Shown: positions 37,052-51,761, counted from the stretch's first letter. The stretch: DNA of 64,000 nucleotides from Neoechinorhynchus agilis (GCA_051530055.1 CM121341.1:3338151-3402150); one strand, 5' to 3'. Notes: generated by a model from the letters alone, not told the origin. Translations and numbers: made by a program.

Positions 37052-40000
37052 ACGGATGTGTGTTGAACTCGTAGTTTGACAACTTGTTAGACCATTGAAC
37101 AACTTTATATAAAGATAAGCAGAGATTGATAAAGTATTGGGGAAGCTTTTTAGGCTTTAATGGTTTAAAACAATATAGTTAATGAGTTTTACTAAATTCG
37201 TTTCGGTAAAACAAGCATGCGCAATCGATTGATGACAAATGGATAAATATAGCTTGAAAGACGTCAAAATGCACCGATGGTAGACTCGTTTCGATCAGTT
37301 AGGTCTAATCCGTCAAGTCGTTATTGTCGAAATTTTCATCAAGTCCCGGATCACTGATGCAATGTCCGGAAGCCCGAAGTAATCCATCACAAGAAAGCAA
37401 AGCATTTTTGATGTAAACTCACAAAAGCGCATAAAATTCTCTTTATAACTGTCTCATACAGAGTCTTTCAAAACTAAATTTCGAGTTCAAACTTTCTGCT
37501 TATACACTGATTTCTGAATGTGTGAGGAATTTTGGAATTAGTTGAACCGATTTGCAACTCAATGCTATACGAATATCTACCAAGCTCATTATTGGGCGTT
37601 GTTCGTCAATCGTAAAATAGTTTATGATTTTTCTTTTATTTTTTGTAACTCGGATTAATACGAAACGTCTTTGAAATTTATTTTGGAACCCATCTCAATA
37701 GCACAATTTCAATTTTTCGACAAAAAAACGTTAATCATTGCTACTATTTAAGCTTTTAATGGAATTGAAAGCAATCAATTTTTGACTCCTTCAACGAAAA
37801 TCCCTAAATGCCGCTGAAGTCTAGAGTATAACACAACTCACAAACTTCTCGAATGTTACCAAATTCATTTGAGAAATTAAAATTATAAAAATAAACAATT
37901 TCATCTCCATTTACTTGCTTTTTCGTGATTATTTTTAAAATTATATAATAACAGTTTACTAAATTTTAATTTAAGTGCATTTTTTTGCTATATTTAATCC
38001 GACAAAGGAAAGGTTACATTAAAACGTTACCATTTAATTAAAATTTAAGCACGAGAAGAAATTGAAGACCAATAATCCATAAACGGAGCCTATATGAATT
38101 CTCTGGACTATTTAGCAGCACACCAACGCAATTGTGTATGCCCGAATTATTTCTATGTAATTTCTTTTTACGCTATTTTGAAAGAAATCCTTGATGCTCG
38201 TTTCTACTCTGATTGGCTACAATCGGAAATCCTGGCAAGCGTTGAAAATAAACAATTCAGGCGTATAATCAAATATCTGCGATGATTGCCTCTTCCATGG
38301 CATACCTCATTTCGGATAAAATGTCAATAATAAATTCCTGGATATGCGTTTATCCTCGTTTTCACATTTAAATGGCTCTCTACAAAGCCATGCTAGCGAT
38401 GAAATCGAATTTCTTCCTAGATGCTCAAAAGAAGTAAGTGATTTATTTATCTGGTGTTAAACTATTATCGGAGAACCTAGGAAATTTACAATTTCGTCCA
38501 CTATTCTCTACCTTTTAAGAAAACTAGAAAAGCATGAGGTTTTTGTAGGATCTCAATATTCATTCACAATTTTTAGGTAGGTGAAAATCGGGATGAATGT
38601 TCAATCTTAGATTTCATGAGAAATGTGAGGTTTTGGTTGTTGAAAACAATATCATACCCAATGGGTTTTTTAGACAAGTTTCGAACGTTTGCACAAAAAG
38701 CAAATCCATTTAGGGTCATAGAATCATGGCAGTTTTTGTGCCGGGTCACAGGCAAATGAAGATCTATTTCTTTTTCCATTGTAGATGATGTTCGTTTCTG
38801 TAAATGTGAGACTAACAGATGCATACCAGTTAAAGCTAAGAGACTCAGTTTGACCTTTGATTTTTAGATGAAATATAATGCATCCATTGAGTGGATTAAT
38901 GAACTTTATGCAAATTCTGAGATGTTCTGTACTAATGATAAAATACGGCTTATTAAACACTGGTTGGTAGATTGTGAAAATGTTTAAAATTACTATTCAA
39001 AACAAAGCAACTTTATTGCACCAATCTAACAAAATTTAGAAAATTATCAAAACGAAAAATGTAAATTTTAGCTGCTTTTTAAGCCTCTAAAGATTTAGAG
39101 AGAGCCATGTGAGTGCCGATTTGTGTTTTCTGACGTGGCTTAATGGTCTAGATAAGTGATGATGGGAAACCAAGGTAGACCAGAAGTTTGGAGAGTCCAG
39201 AAACTAGATGCAGGAAAACCCTAGCTACTTACTAAAGTGATTTTTGTATTTTATGGGGAAATGTGACTAAAGACAAACATTTTTTCCTCACAAGTGACGG
39301 TCTTATTATTCCTTTCTTGGATTATTTATGTTCCCCGAGGAGCGATTTTCTATTTGTACTTTTTTAAGATATTTTCTTAAACATTAAACGCGTCCATGCA
39401 TGGTAATGGGTGTGTTAGTCACAAAATGAAATTTCTTAAACACATTACTTTTATAGATTTGAAGAGAAAACCCTACTATTTCTTCATTCTCAGGCTCTTT
39501 TCAACTTTTGGATCACCAAAACGTTTTGATCTTTGAATTATAAAATTCTCGTTTTAGGGATTTCGCTTACCTTTGGAATCTTGAGTTCACAATTTTTCCC
39601 GTTTGGAATTTAATGAATTTTTATCATTTTCACTAATTTCTGTATTTTTGAAGCAACTCCATTCTCGTTTGTAACCTCACTAAATCGTTTTCGAACACTC
39701 GAACGAATTTCCGCATTTAAATTAACACCAGTCAGCTTCAACGGAGCATTTTTTGTTATCACCGTTCGCTTTTGTCAGTCAACTTTAGTAATTTTGCGCT
39801 ACGAAAACTTGTGCTTACATTGCCGTATCACTGCCTTTCTTATATTTGATATGTCAACAATAAGCATACCATGAGCCGTGCAGCGTTTTATTCCCTATTG
39901 TGAAGACTAATTTTTCTCACAAAAAAGTTCACTTTTTATCTGTGTTTATAAATAACGATCAATGTTGGACCCGAGCGGGTGAATGGCGTGTAAATCGTGA

Positions 40001-40901
40001 ATTCCTTCGAGAATTATACAGAAATCCAATGAGTTTTTATTGGGAATAAAGGTTAGAAAGCGTGATTTGCTGGTGTCAAGTCTATGAAAAAATTTTTTTG
40101 CAGTGGACAATAGTAATTTTCTAAAATTTTCTAAGAGATTCTTTGACCTAAAATGACGAACATAATTGCTAATTTACACCGTTGGGAAGGTTTTTTTTAA
40201 GGTGTTGCTGAGATGATTCCTACTCTCCGTTGATTTATTGCGATATTTCGCTGGGCAAATCCGAAATATCACAACATCTTTATTGTCCGGAGAGTTGGAA
40301 TCACCTCAGCAACACTATAATACCTCCGAGGAACCTTTCACATCAGATTTCTTAAGGTGTTCATTCTCGGATGAAACTGTCCATTTGTTGTTTCTTTGAA
40401 TAGGTCGCCGAGCATTTGTTTTTAAACTACCCTGATATTTTATACCTCTCATTCTAGTATTTCTGGGCCTGATTGAAGACGTGACTTTCCACTGACTAAA
40501 CATTTCAAAAAACCACCATTGCATGAGGTGTCATGTCATTCAGACTCTTTCATAAATGAGTTTGCACTTTTAATGTGCGATTCCAGCTTAAAGTTCATTT
40601 AAAAAAAGAAGAAATTTGGTTGGTCGCCATAAAAGTATTTTTCCAAAGGACATAACATCTTGATAACCTCCAAGTCAGAGGTACTTATATCTTTACTGCC
40701 TATCGATCTTGCCATTTCCGAGGTCATACAGTGAATCCAAAAAACCAGGGAAAATTCTGTTTACCCCATCTTTAATCGCTCTATCAGTGTAGTTTTACAG
40801 TTCCACACACAAATTTGCCCTGTCCTAATAAAATTGATCGATTGCGATAACTATGAAACAAAAAGGTCCATTCAAATCGTCAAAACCTTTATTTAGTTAA
40901 A

Positions 40902-41180
40902 AGGAGAAAATAAATGAAATTAAGATTATTGGATATTTCGATCCACTGTCTCGGATCTTCTTCAGCGATCTAAAACACAGGGATTCTCAATTCACGCGTC
41001 CGGTGGGAGTCGCATCCTTAATTTGAAATCAGGTTTATTGCTCTCGAACGTTTCGAACCTATTTATAAAGATTCGATGAGACGCGCCAATTGAGAATCCC
41101 TGTGTTTTAGATCGCTGAAGAAGATCCGAGATAGTAGATCGAAATATCCAATAAATTCTTAATTTCATTTATTTTCTCCT
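40902..41180. mobile_element. Foldback/MITE with inverted arms of about 91 bp
   Basis: 40902-40992 is the reverse complement of 41088-41180. Confidence 0.85.
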
Positions 41181-42597
41181 ATCGACAAATAACAATGAAT
41201 TATCTTTTCAACATAAAAAAAGTCTTTTATAGAATTATTCACGCTGACAAATACACCAACGGTTTCGGAATACTCTCATCTTACAAAATCCCTTTCGTTT
41301 TAGTTAAATGATAAGGTTTTTTGAGAGTTTGTGTTCGTGGAAAAAACGTTGCAAACAATATCGGAAATATCCTATGCAAAATATCGGATTCGACTTATTT
41401 GGGCGCTGTTCAAATTAAACTTTTACATTAGCAAAAGAAAACAAAGGTGATTGCCGATTAAACGAGATTTCACCTTGCTTAATTTTAAAATTTTAATTAC
41501 GAAACGTACGAAATTTAGAAAAAGGTCGTCACGAACTCAGAGAAATCTTAAGTGAAAAATTTCATTTTGAATTGACTTGCGACCTCATGGGTTCTAATGC
41601 AATCGTTTTAAGCACAGAGAAATTCAATTCAGCCACTACTTAATCTAAATTAGATTTTCCGACTAAAATTCAACACTCTCGTGATTTTTGTAGACAAAAA
41701 CGTGTTTTTCGCGAAAATAAAAAGTTTTGCGCTTATACAATTTCATTAGTGCGACCAACCGACTTAAAGAAATGTGCAAAGTCAAAAAGTGATATTACTA
41801 ACCGTCTAATAAGATTTTAAAGGTCCAGTTTTAACCGCGCTTAAGAAATCTCCATTCTTTTATTCAGCGACAACTTCACCTTGTACGTCTCTATGGCACA
41901 AAATGTTTGTTCAATAGTCCAGCCGATAAAGCTCCTCCGTAGACTTGGCTTATAAGAAGACTCTCCGGGTGTCTCAGAAAGGAAAGCAAATGCTCGGTCA
42001 CAGTATTTAATAGGTCCAAGGTCGTCGCTTTCTTGTAAGTCATAAACCTCGAGACTCTAAAGGAAATGGCAAACTTCTGCCCGGAAAAATGAACATCCAC
42101 TTTTCCGACAAGGTTATTCGCATCTAAAAATCAGGTTGATCACCGAACAAATAAGGTTAATCGTAAAACGATGTTTATACCGATTTTTTTTATTAATAGC
42201 AATCAGTGAATTGAACTGAATGTTTTGCTATAGAAATGTTCAATTTGGGAGTCTAACAAAACGCCTTGAGACAAGAGATATCCGCCTCTGCAGTGCTTTG
42301 ATCTCAATACGCGAAAAGGTAATGCTGGGGCAATCTTCGCAACGTGCCGCTTTTTTCCTCGATGCAAACGAATATCCATTTTCTTCCATTAGGCAATATA
42401 ACAGTTGAAACGGAAATTAGTTGCTTTTGCAATTCGTGTCTATTGGCAATTCTTAATGCCAAAATGAACTTTTTAAAAACACAAACAAAATTCATGGCAA
42501 AATAGGTGACCAATAGCAGTAAAAAATTTAATTTTTATCCTCTTTTTTGGGCTAAGAACTTTATAAGAATCGGTTTTGATTTTTAAATTTCGGGGAT

Positions 42598-43620
42598 ACA
42601 GTAGAACGTCTTTTATCCGCGAATTCATTAGGACCGGACACCATTCAGACAAGATTTTCTCGGATACTTAAAAACCCAATGAAAAGTATCCATTTTGAAA
42701 AATCGAAACTATAGATATCAAAGTTCTTAACACGCGAGAAGGGGAAAATGGTTTAAAAAAAGCAAAATTCGTCTAGAGAATACCATATTTTTTTTTAAAT
42801 AGTCACTTTTTTCGTGTTTTTTCCTCCGTGATTTTCTTATCTTAAACAGAAGAGTTGATAAAGACAGCAAACCGGATAAAATTAATTTTTGGGATAATGA
42901 ACATTCCACTAAATTTAAGAAACAAAATTTCCCCCACCCCTTAAAAAAGTTCTACGGTCTTTTTCCATGACAGCATCGGAAAAGATTTTATTATAAAAAC
43001 TTCAAATATTGATGTTTGTTCCAAAAATTAAATACAGTAGAACGTCTTTTATCCGCGAATTCATTAGGACCACACACAAGATTTTCTCGGATACTCAAAA
43101 ACCCAATAAAAATATCCATTTAAAAATCGAAACTATAGATATCAAAGTTCTTAACATGCGAGAAGGGGAAAATGGTTTAAAAAAAGCAAAATTCGTCTAG
43201 AGAATACCATATTTTTTTTTAAATAGTCACTTTTTTCGTGTTTTTTTCCTCCGTGATTTTCTTATCTTAAACAGAAGAGTTGATAAAGACAGCAAACCGG
43301 ATAAAATTAATTTTTGGGATAATGAACATTCCACTAAATTTAAGAAACAAAATTTCCCCCACCCCTTAAAAAAGTTCTACGGTCTTTTTCCATGACAGCA
43401 TCGGAAAAGATTTTATTATAAAAACTTCAAATATTGATGTTTGTTCCAAAAATTAAATACAGTAGAACGTCTTTTATCCGCGAATTCATTAGGACCGGAC
43501 ACCATTCAGACAAGATTTTCTCGGATACTCAAAAACCCAATAAAAAGTATCCATTTTGAAAAAAATCGAAACTATAGATATCAAAAGGGGAAAATGGTTT
43601 AAAAAAAGCAAAATTCGTTT
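42598..43620. repeat. Tandem repeat of about 430 bp, block 1 (about 2.4 copies)
   Basis: tacagtagaacgtcttttatccgcgaattcattaggacc at 42598, 43033 and 43458. Confidence 0.92.
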
Positions 43621-44698
43621 AGAGAATACCATAATTTTAGTCTTGTTGTTGTTTTGAAAATGGTCATTTTTTCCTCCGTGATTTTCTTATAGAAACAGAA
43701 TAGTTGATAAGGACAGTAATCCGGATAAAAAATTAACACTTTTAGAAATAATGGAATAAGCTCATTTTTTGTGGTAGAATTATCCCTGTTTCGTTTAAAT
43801 TTTATTGAAAAAACCAGTTTTAAAACTTGCATTTGAACATTATTGCTTTCTGCGTATCTTTTTCTGAGATAAAAACTGTTTTATATTATAATTGCAAATC
43901 GATTGAAGTGATTTTCCTTTCTAATGAAACGATCGTTCTGTGACTTGGTTATAGACATCATAGTTCTTCGTAGACCAATGCAATTATCGCAGTTTAGGAA
44001 ACAGTAACCCATTAAGAGTTCATTAAATTGCTTTAGTACTCTAACCTTCTGATTGATAGTAAATATCACGTCGCACTTTCCTTAGTTTGGCTATATTCGT
44101 CCAGCATATCCACTCCTATGGTCACTTCCATATTTCGTATTTATGAAATGCAATGTTGATTTCGCGCTTCTACTCGTTTCCCTCATCGACATCTAAAATC
44201 GCATTTTGAACAAAATATCATTTGAAATATTCTACGTATCGTTGAAGAAAATTGCGGTTGTTTTGTTAAAAATAATTGTTTATCTGTAGAAGGATCATTT
44301 TTATAACAAAATCTTTATTCGTTATGAAATATAAAAGCATTAAGGAACTGGAAAAAACACGGTATCCTAAATGCAAACTCATTTGAATGAACAGAAACTC
44401 GGTTCGTGACTGAATTGTTTCGAAATAACCCAAGTTTTTCTTTGGTACTTCTGCTTTTTGAAATTTAATCGCCCTCAAATAAAAGATATTGGCGTCAACA
44501 TAGGTGATTTTCGATACAAAAAAACACTGCAGATTCTCAAGAGATTGCAACAACCTTTCCTTACAAGAAAATCTAGGACTCTTCGAGAAAATTGCTCATG
44601 TTGCAACCAGAAGGGTAATTATTCATGAAGCAAAGCTCGGTTCCTCTATTGACGTTAAATTTTCCGGCTGCAATATCGACGAAACATGCATTTTCACG

Positions 44699-45800
44699 TA
44701 CAGTAGAACGTCTTTTATCCGCGAATTCATTAGGACCAAACACAAGATTTTCTCGGATACCCAAAACCCAATAAAAAGTATCCATTTTGAAAAATCGAAA
44801 CTATAGATATCAAAGTTCTTAACATTCGAGGAGGGGAAAATGGTTTAAAAAAAGCAAAATTCGTCTAGAGAATACCATAATTTTTTTTAAACAGTCACTT
44901 TTTTCGCGTTTTTTCCTCCGCGATTTTCTTATCTTAAACAGAAGAGTTGATAAAGACAGCAATCCGGATAAAATTAATCTTTAGGATAATGGACATTCCA
45001 CTAAATTTAAGAAACAAAATTTCCCCCACCCCTTAAAAAAGTTCTACGGTCTTTTTCCATGACAGCATCGGAAAAGATTTTATTATAAAAACTTCAAATA
45101 TTGATGTTTGTTCCAAAAATTAAATACAGTAGAACGTCTTTTATCCGCGAATTCATTAGGACCGGACACCATTCAGACAAGATTTTCTCGGATACTCAAA
45201 AACCCAATAAAAATTATCCATTTAAAAAAATCGAAACTATAGATATCAAAGTTCTTAACATGCGAGAAGGGGAAAATGGTTTAAAAAAAGCAAAATTCGC
45301 CTAGAGAATACCATAATTTTTTTTAAACAGTCACTTTTTTCGCGTTTTTTCCTCCGCGATTTTCTTATATTAAATGGAAGAGTTGATAAAGACAGCAAAC
45401 CGGATAAAATTAATTTTTGGGATAATGAACATTCCACTAAATTTAAGAAACAAAATTTCCCCCACCCCTTAAAAAAGTTCTACGGTCTTTTTCCATGACA
45501 GCATCGGAAAAGATTTTATTATAAAAACTTCAAATATTGATGTTTGTTCCAAAAATTAAATACAGTAGAACGTCTTTTATCCGCGAATTCATTAGGACCG
45601 GACACCATTCAGACAAGATTTTCTCGGATATTCAAAATTCCAATAAAAAGTATCCATTTTGAAAAAAATCGAAACTATGGATATCAAAAGGGGAAAATGG
45701 TTTAAAAAAAGCAAAATTCGCCTAGAGAATACCACAATTTTATTTCTAAAATATTCACATTTTTCGTGTGTGTTTTTCCCGGTGATTTTCTTATCTTAAA
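44699..45800. repeat. Tandem repeat of about 430 bp, block 2 (about 2.5 copies), same family as block 1
   Basis: Same unit start at about 44699, 45126 and 45561. Confidence 0.92.
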
Positions 45801-46282
45801 CAGCATAGCTAAGAAATTGACACTTTTAGAAATGAATAACATTGACAAGACACTATAAGCTTTCCTTTTCACCTTTTTTTGTAACTATTTCTTTTTGATA
45901 AAAAAAGGAACATGTTGATTTATTGAATCGCTGAAGGTTCCTGGTTATAATTCTGCGAAATTCTCGCTCTCTCTCTCGTTGACCTTTGCGTCAACAGCAA
46001 TTCTCGCTCAACCGACCTTTGTGTATCACACTCCCGAGCATTTGCACCGCCGCTACACATACTGAATTTCGACGGTTCACTGAACCAAACGTTGATCTTA
46101 TCATCTTAAAGTCCTTCTTTATAACCTCACATTGATCGGATTCATTTACGGTCCACTACCATCTAGCAGCGCCGCTAATGTGCGTAATGAAATGTACAAT
46201 GTACCGTCAACCACCACCGCTACTCCACACAATTCACTTTGGTCGGCATAGAGCGATCACCGTGCCGTTGCTTCAGACTCAC

Positions 46283-48619
46283 ATGTACACGAAGCTCGAT
46301 CGAATTTCGTTTTACGATCAATATGAATTCATGGAAACGATCGGGAAAGGTAACCTAAACACCACTAAATACGCCTTCCATCCTTACACTATTTCGGAGA
46401 TTCTAGGTGGATTTGCCAAAGTCAAATTAGCCTATCACCGACTTACCAATCAACCTGTTGCTTGTAAAATTATTGACAAATACTCAGTGAAGGTTTTTCT
46501 TGTCTAAAATTGCCCCAACTTGTCAAAACCTAAAAACTTATTAGGACGACTTGCCAAGAATGCGACAAGAGGTTGAAGCTCTCAAAACTTTGCATCATCC
46601 AAACATTTGTAAACTCTACCAATATCATGAAACCGACCGGCACATTTATTTAATTCTTGAGGTTCGTCCAGTTACTCTTTTGTAACATCCACACAATCTA
46701 TCTTGTAGTATTGCAAAGGAGGCGAATTGTTTGAGTATATTGTGGCACGAGAGCGGATTGACGAGAATGAAGCTAGAGGATTTTTCCGTCAGATTGTATC
46801 CGCCGTCGGTTATATTCATAGTCAAGGATTCGCACATCGCGATTTGAAACCTGAAAACCTTTTACTCAGCACCGAAAAGCATTTAAAACTCACGGATTTT
46901 GGGTTATGTGCTAAACCCAGAGGTGGTCTAGGTATTCTTTTAAAAACTCGGTGTGGAAGTCAGTCTTATATTGCACCAGAAGTGTTAGCTGGTAAGCTTT
47001 ATTCTGGAGAACAATGTGACATTTGGAGTATGGGGGTACTGCTGTTTACATTGGTCAGCGGCTTCCTTCCGTTTGACGAAGACAATCCGACTGTTCTTTT
47101 GAAAAAAATTGAATCCGGCTCTATCACTTTCCCAGATCATTTGTCACATGATTGTGTCAACATTATCAGTAGAATGCTTGAGGTGGATCCAAATAAAAGA
47201 ATCACCATCAAAGACATTTGCAGGAACACTTGGGTCTGTAATGGAATGAGGCGTCAATGGAAATTCAGCATGTTCAGCGGATCATCCATTGCATTGATCG
47301 GGGATGCGATTAATACTACAGGCTACGATGAGCCTCCTATCGATAACGAGATCATAGATATTTTATCGAAAATGCTAGGTGGACCTCAAAATATCACTAG
47401 AGCAATGATCGAAAAAAGGGATTTTGGGTTTCTTCATGGCAGTTATCTCATTCTTCACTCAATGAAAAATTCCGGCAATCTACCAGAGCGGATAAACCCT
47501 AGAAATTCACTCATGTTCAATGTCCATTCTGTTGATATTATAAGTCCAAATTCTAAACGGTCAACAGGACGGTTGTTCAGTGGAGGTCTGTCGCCAAGAG
47601 ATCTCAAATATTTGTTCGGGCGATTACCAGGAACTCAAGTTTCTACTAAAAACAAAAAAGGAGAATCAAACACAGCTATCGTCTTAGTTCCCGACCGCAG
47701 TCTAATAAATAAGACGAAACTAAATTTACGAAATCAAAAGAAGTTATCTAATGTTCCTAAAGATCGTCAAATGCTTATTTGTAATTGTTATAATCAACGA
47801 TGTCTCTATGATGATGGTGCTGAGCGCTCTCGAGAAAAGTGCAAATCCCAGGGCTGCAGGACAACTTCGCGCTCTAAACGGACTGGGGATGGACACGATA
47901 GGAAAAGGACGGCAGATGAAGACCATTCAATGCCTCCGTTGAAAAGAAATAGAGGCGACGAGAGGTATCGATGCCAAACAGTCGACTATTCGGCACCATT
48001 TGACGCCAGTTTTACTGCCACAAAGACGGTGGAGATACATGGTACAAGCTATAAATTCTTAAAGAATCATAATAATCAAACGCCTAACACAAGCAATGGA
48101 ATCGCTTTAGAAGATACACTTTTAAACATTAGTCCAGCTTCAACTAGGCGAAATGTAATCAACCAAATCGAACGGCGAGTGTTTGCTGGATGGCAGGCTA
48201 TCACAAACAACCTCAGGCAAAAAGGAAAATCAGTACAATCTTACACTCCAAAAGTCTATGATCGGAGTATCGACATCTATATCACGAATTCAACCTGTCC
48301 TGCTAAGGTGGTGCTAACACTTGAGAAAGTTTTAATGGGGCTAAAAATTTCATTTGATCGCCGAGCTTATACATTTCATGTTTTCTCGAAGCCAACGTCA
48401 TGCCGATTGCAAATTGTTCAAGTCAAAAACGATTCAGCCCGGAAAACCAACAACAATAATGCAAAAAACTCAAATGCGTTATCGCGATTTCAGTTGGTCG
48501 CCGCGGAGCTTGAAACCGATTTTTACTACGGAGTGAAACGAAAACGAATTAGCGGAAATGTATTTCTCTACAAGTCTTTCACTTTAGGCCTCATGCAAAG
48601 ACTTACGGAAACTTTATAG
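46283..48619 (+). CDS. MELK: Maternal embryonic leucine zipper kinase (AMPK-related kinase with C-terminal KA1 domain), 4 exons
   Basis: ETIGKG|GFAKVKL; DDLPRMRQEVEAL; LE|YCKGGELFEYIV; HRDLKPEN; DFG; CGSQSYIAPE; KA1-like RKRISGNVFLYK; three canonical introns of about 50 nt. Confidence 0.92.
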
Positions 48620-49266
48620 AAGAGAGATACCAGGGATGTAATTTTGTGCGATTGCTCGTGAAGATATTCAAACCCGGGCTCAGTGTTCGGTCTGGTACGC
48701 TTTGTCGAGATATTACAAATCGTTGCGCTTTTTAGGTCAGTGTGTTTATCATCTGCATTTCAATATTTATCAACAATTTTGCCCCGTCCGATTTATTGGA
48801 ACTCTTTTTGTTACAAATAAAATAGTTTGGACATTTTGGCAATCGACTAAGCCAGAATAACAAACCTTGAATTTTTACATGGAACGATTGCAGCTACAAA
48901 ATTTAATTTTTGCGGTTACCCACAAAAATAGCAAAAAAAGACCGTAGAAAGCTTTAATATTATTCGACTGTCGATTTCGTTTCAGTAAAAATTTGAGATT
49001 TTGAATGCGCCATTCTATTGCTGTATAAATTTAATAAAGGGCTGTTTTTTTATCGTGAGTTTAGAACTATCAAAGCAACATTTATTGATTCCTATTTCAG
49101 CTGCAATCTTAACTAATTAGAATATATGAAATGTGATATAGCGGCTCAGAATTTAAGGGTAATTTAAAGCGCAAGGAATAGTTTTATAGGGGATTTTTTC
49201 TCTCATGTCCGACCTATACGAGATTCCGAGATTTATTGAAGGATCCACTCATGATCACGTATTTTG

Positions 49267-50643
49267 TCACATTTCTTCGAATTCTTCGACATCATCATAT
49301 TCGTGATCATCTTCTTCGATTTCAGTTAGATCGCTGGCAATGGTAGCATAGTCTGCTGCCAAGGCGCGTAGGTTTTCTTTAGCTTCTACGAACTCCTGCT
49401 CGTCCATTCCTTCTCCTATGTACCAATGAATGAACGCTCGTTTGGCAAACATCATATCGAACTTGTGATTCAGACGCTCCCAGGCCTCACCAATGGCTGT
49501 AGTATTAGCCAACAAACAGGCGGATCTTGGGATTCTGGCCAAATCTCCGCCTGGTACATACGTTGGAGGTTGATTATTTAGTCCACTTTTGAAACCACTT
49601 GGACACCAGTTTACCAACTGAATAAGGTTTCTACTTTTGATGTTTGCGATCGAAGTGTTGATATCCATTGGATAAACGTCTCCCCTGTACAGAATACAGC
49701 AGGCCATGTATTTTCCTTTTCGTGTATCGCACTTCACCAATTGATTATTTGGATCAAACAGTGACATTGTGATATCTGAAGTTGAGAATCTTTGATGGTA
49801 GACTTGTTTTTCACTAACAAGAGGAGCATAAGTGACGAGTGGATAATGGAGGCGAGGGTAAGGAACCAGATTTGTTTGAAATTCGGTAAGATCAACGCTG
49901 ATTGGTCCGGTGAAACGAAGAGGCGTCGTGATTGAACTAAGGATTTGGGCAATCAATCGATTCAGATTCACGTACGACGGATTGTCCACTGACAAGGACC
50001 GACGACAGATTTCATAGGCAGCTTCATTGTCTAGACAAAGTGCACAGTCCGCATGATCCATTGTTGTATGGGCGAACAATAGACAATTGTAAGGTTCCGT
50101 AACTCCCGTCGACATATTAGGCGATGGATATATTGAAAAAGTGAGTTTCGTTACTTTTCCGAACTCTTGAGTCAGATTTTCATGCGTGAGCGAGGTGAAT
50201 CCCGATCCTGTTCCGCCGCCAAATGAATGAAATGTGAAGAATCCCAATAGTGCATCACATAATTCTGCTTGTTTTCTCAGTGAATCCATGGATATATCTA
50301 ACATTTCTCGTCCAATCGTATAGTACCCACGACCGTAATTCCCCGAGCAATCTTCTTTTCCGCTTATCAAGGTCATTGGATTGAAGAACTGACGATAAGT
50401 TCCACTTCGGATTTCATCAATCACCGAAGGCTCTGAATCAATTATCAATGCCCTAGGAATGTATTTACCATTCCGTGTTTCAGAAAAAAAGGTCTGAGCT
50501 GACTCTTCACCCGCATCACATCCTTTATATTCGGTCACAAAACCTCTAGGGTTTATTTTGTGCTCTAAACCATAGAGCTCCCAGCATGCTCCAGCGATTT
50601 GAGATCCTGATTGTCCAATGTGAACACTTATGCACTCTCTCAT
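49267..50643 (-). CDS. TUBA: Alpha-tubulin, divergent isotype, intronless (458 aa)
   Basis: MRECISVH start; GGGTGSG; [14 protein letters not shown]; [20 protein letters not shown]. Confidence 0.97.
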   Translation of the reverse strand: MRECISVHIGQSGSQIAGACWELYGLEHKINPRGFVTEYKGCDAGEESAQTFFSETRNGKYIPRALIIDSEPSVIDEIRSGTYRQFFNPMTLISGKEDCSGNYGRGYYTIGREMLDISMDSLRKQAELCDALLGFFTFHSFGGGTGSGFTSLTHENLTQEFGKVTKLTFSIYPSPNMSTGVTEPYNCLLFAHTTMDHADCALCLDNEAAYEICRRSLSVDNPSYVNLNRLIAQILSSITTPLRFTGPISVDLTEFQTNLVPYPRLHYPLVTYAPLVSEKQVYHQRFSTSDITMSLFDPNNQLVKCDTRKGKYMACCILYRGDVYPMDINTSIANIKSRNLIQLVNWCPSGFKSGLNNQPPTYVPGGDLARIPRSACLLANTTAIGEAWERLNHKFDMMFAKRAFIHWYIGEGMDEQEFVEAKENLRALAADYATIASDLTEIEEDDHEYDDVEEFEEM

Positions 50644-50862
50644 TGCTTCTGGTTTTGTAAATAACTGCAGTAAACACAGACTTTCCAAGGACTTCTCTTT
50701 GGCGGATTTATAGTTGCCATGGTTACCGTTTTCGCTATAAAGTGGGTTAGACTTTACTCGTAACTGAGATTCTGTATGCGAACAAACTAAAATGATCGCA
50801 AGTTTGTATTTTGCTTCGGCTACTGAAGTTTAACTTATGAAATTTTTGTTTATGTATCTGGT

Positions 50863-50967
50863 GTAAAAATTAAAAGAATTTATTGATTCCAATTATCAAG
50901 GTTGTTAAGCGGACGCATACAATATTGGACCGAAATATTGGAATCAATAAATTCTTTTAATTTTTAC
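50863..50967. repeat. Small MITE-like inverted repeat with perfect 31-bp arms
   Basis: 50863-50893 is the reverse complement of 50937-50967. Confidence 0.85.
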
Positions 50968-51324
50968 GCCATAAACAAGCATGAAAAATTCAATCTTCAA
51001 ACATATGAAATTTTTATTTAAGAGATTTAAGATTAAACAAATTGGAATCTAGAAGTGACGTTTAAAAATCTTAATCTAAAATAAAGGAGTGTTACTCATA
51101 GCTGTTTCTCGTAAAGCATTTGAATATCTCCAACCAAAATGGCGAGAATTTATTATGGAAATCAATCACACACACACAATTTCGCTTAGTAAAGCCGGAA
51201 ACATTTTACGACAAAAAATAACTATGTGATAAAAAAATTTTTACAAACAAAATAATTATTGCAAACAATTTACTTAAGCATAAATGCTACAATTTGTTGT
51301 CTTCAAATGTTATGTTTGTTCGGC

Positions 51325-51435
51325 AGCTTCCTTGATGGCTGCGGCATTGCCGCGTTGGATCGCCGCGCTGATTCGCTGCAACAGGAAGTTGCTGGATCGC
51401 ATATCGCCGGTGGCATGTTTTAGCATCCCTCCCAG
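51325..51435 (-). mobile_element. CRE-clade 3' fragment (GC-rich variant)
   Basis: Translates to LGGMLKHATGDMRSSNFLLQRISAAIQRGNAAAI. Confidence 0.75.
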
Positions 51436-51563
51436 TCGTGAGAGGAAATAATCGGCTATTTTCTTCTTTTGTCTTGATTGAACATTTCTAAAAAATTATT
51501 TCCTATTTAGCAAAACATGTGAACTTTGGTCGATATGTGCGAGGAGGTACCGTTGAGAATGTG

Positions 51564-51761
51564 ATTAGAATTATTGTTTAGAAGTCGACATCCCCGGTAA
51601 ATAATTTTTTGATAAAAACGTTTTGAACCTCGTCGGGTTCATCATTGACTTATCCACTTGTATTTTAGAAGTGATGATGAACCCGACGAGGTTCGCAGAA
51701 CGTCTTTAATCGAACAGAAATCATTTACCGCGGGTGTAGACTTCTAAACAATAATTCTAAT
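51564..51761. mobile_element. MITE with nested inverted repeats
   Basis: 23-bp TIR attagaattattgtttagaagtc; inner inverted repeat gaacctcgtcgggttcatca / tgatgaacccgacgaggttc; relatives near 19880-19960 and 29685-29800. Confidence 0.8.

Noticed and set aside
37100-42550. Scattered protein-like minus-strand segments (e.g. LVMDYFGLPDIASVIRDLMK; TEHLLSFLRHP), possibly one multi-exon gene
   Set aside because: I could not assemble a consistent exon chain or identify a family without tools
42727-45437. Short 60-100 aa ORFs within the 430-bp repeats
   Set aside because: Low-complexity by-products of the repeat unit
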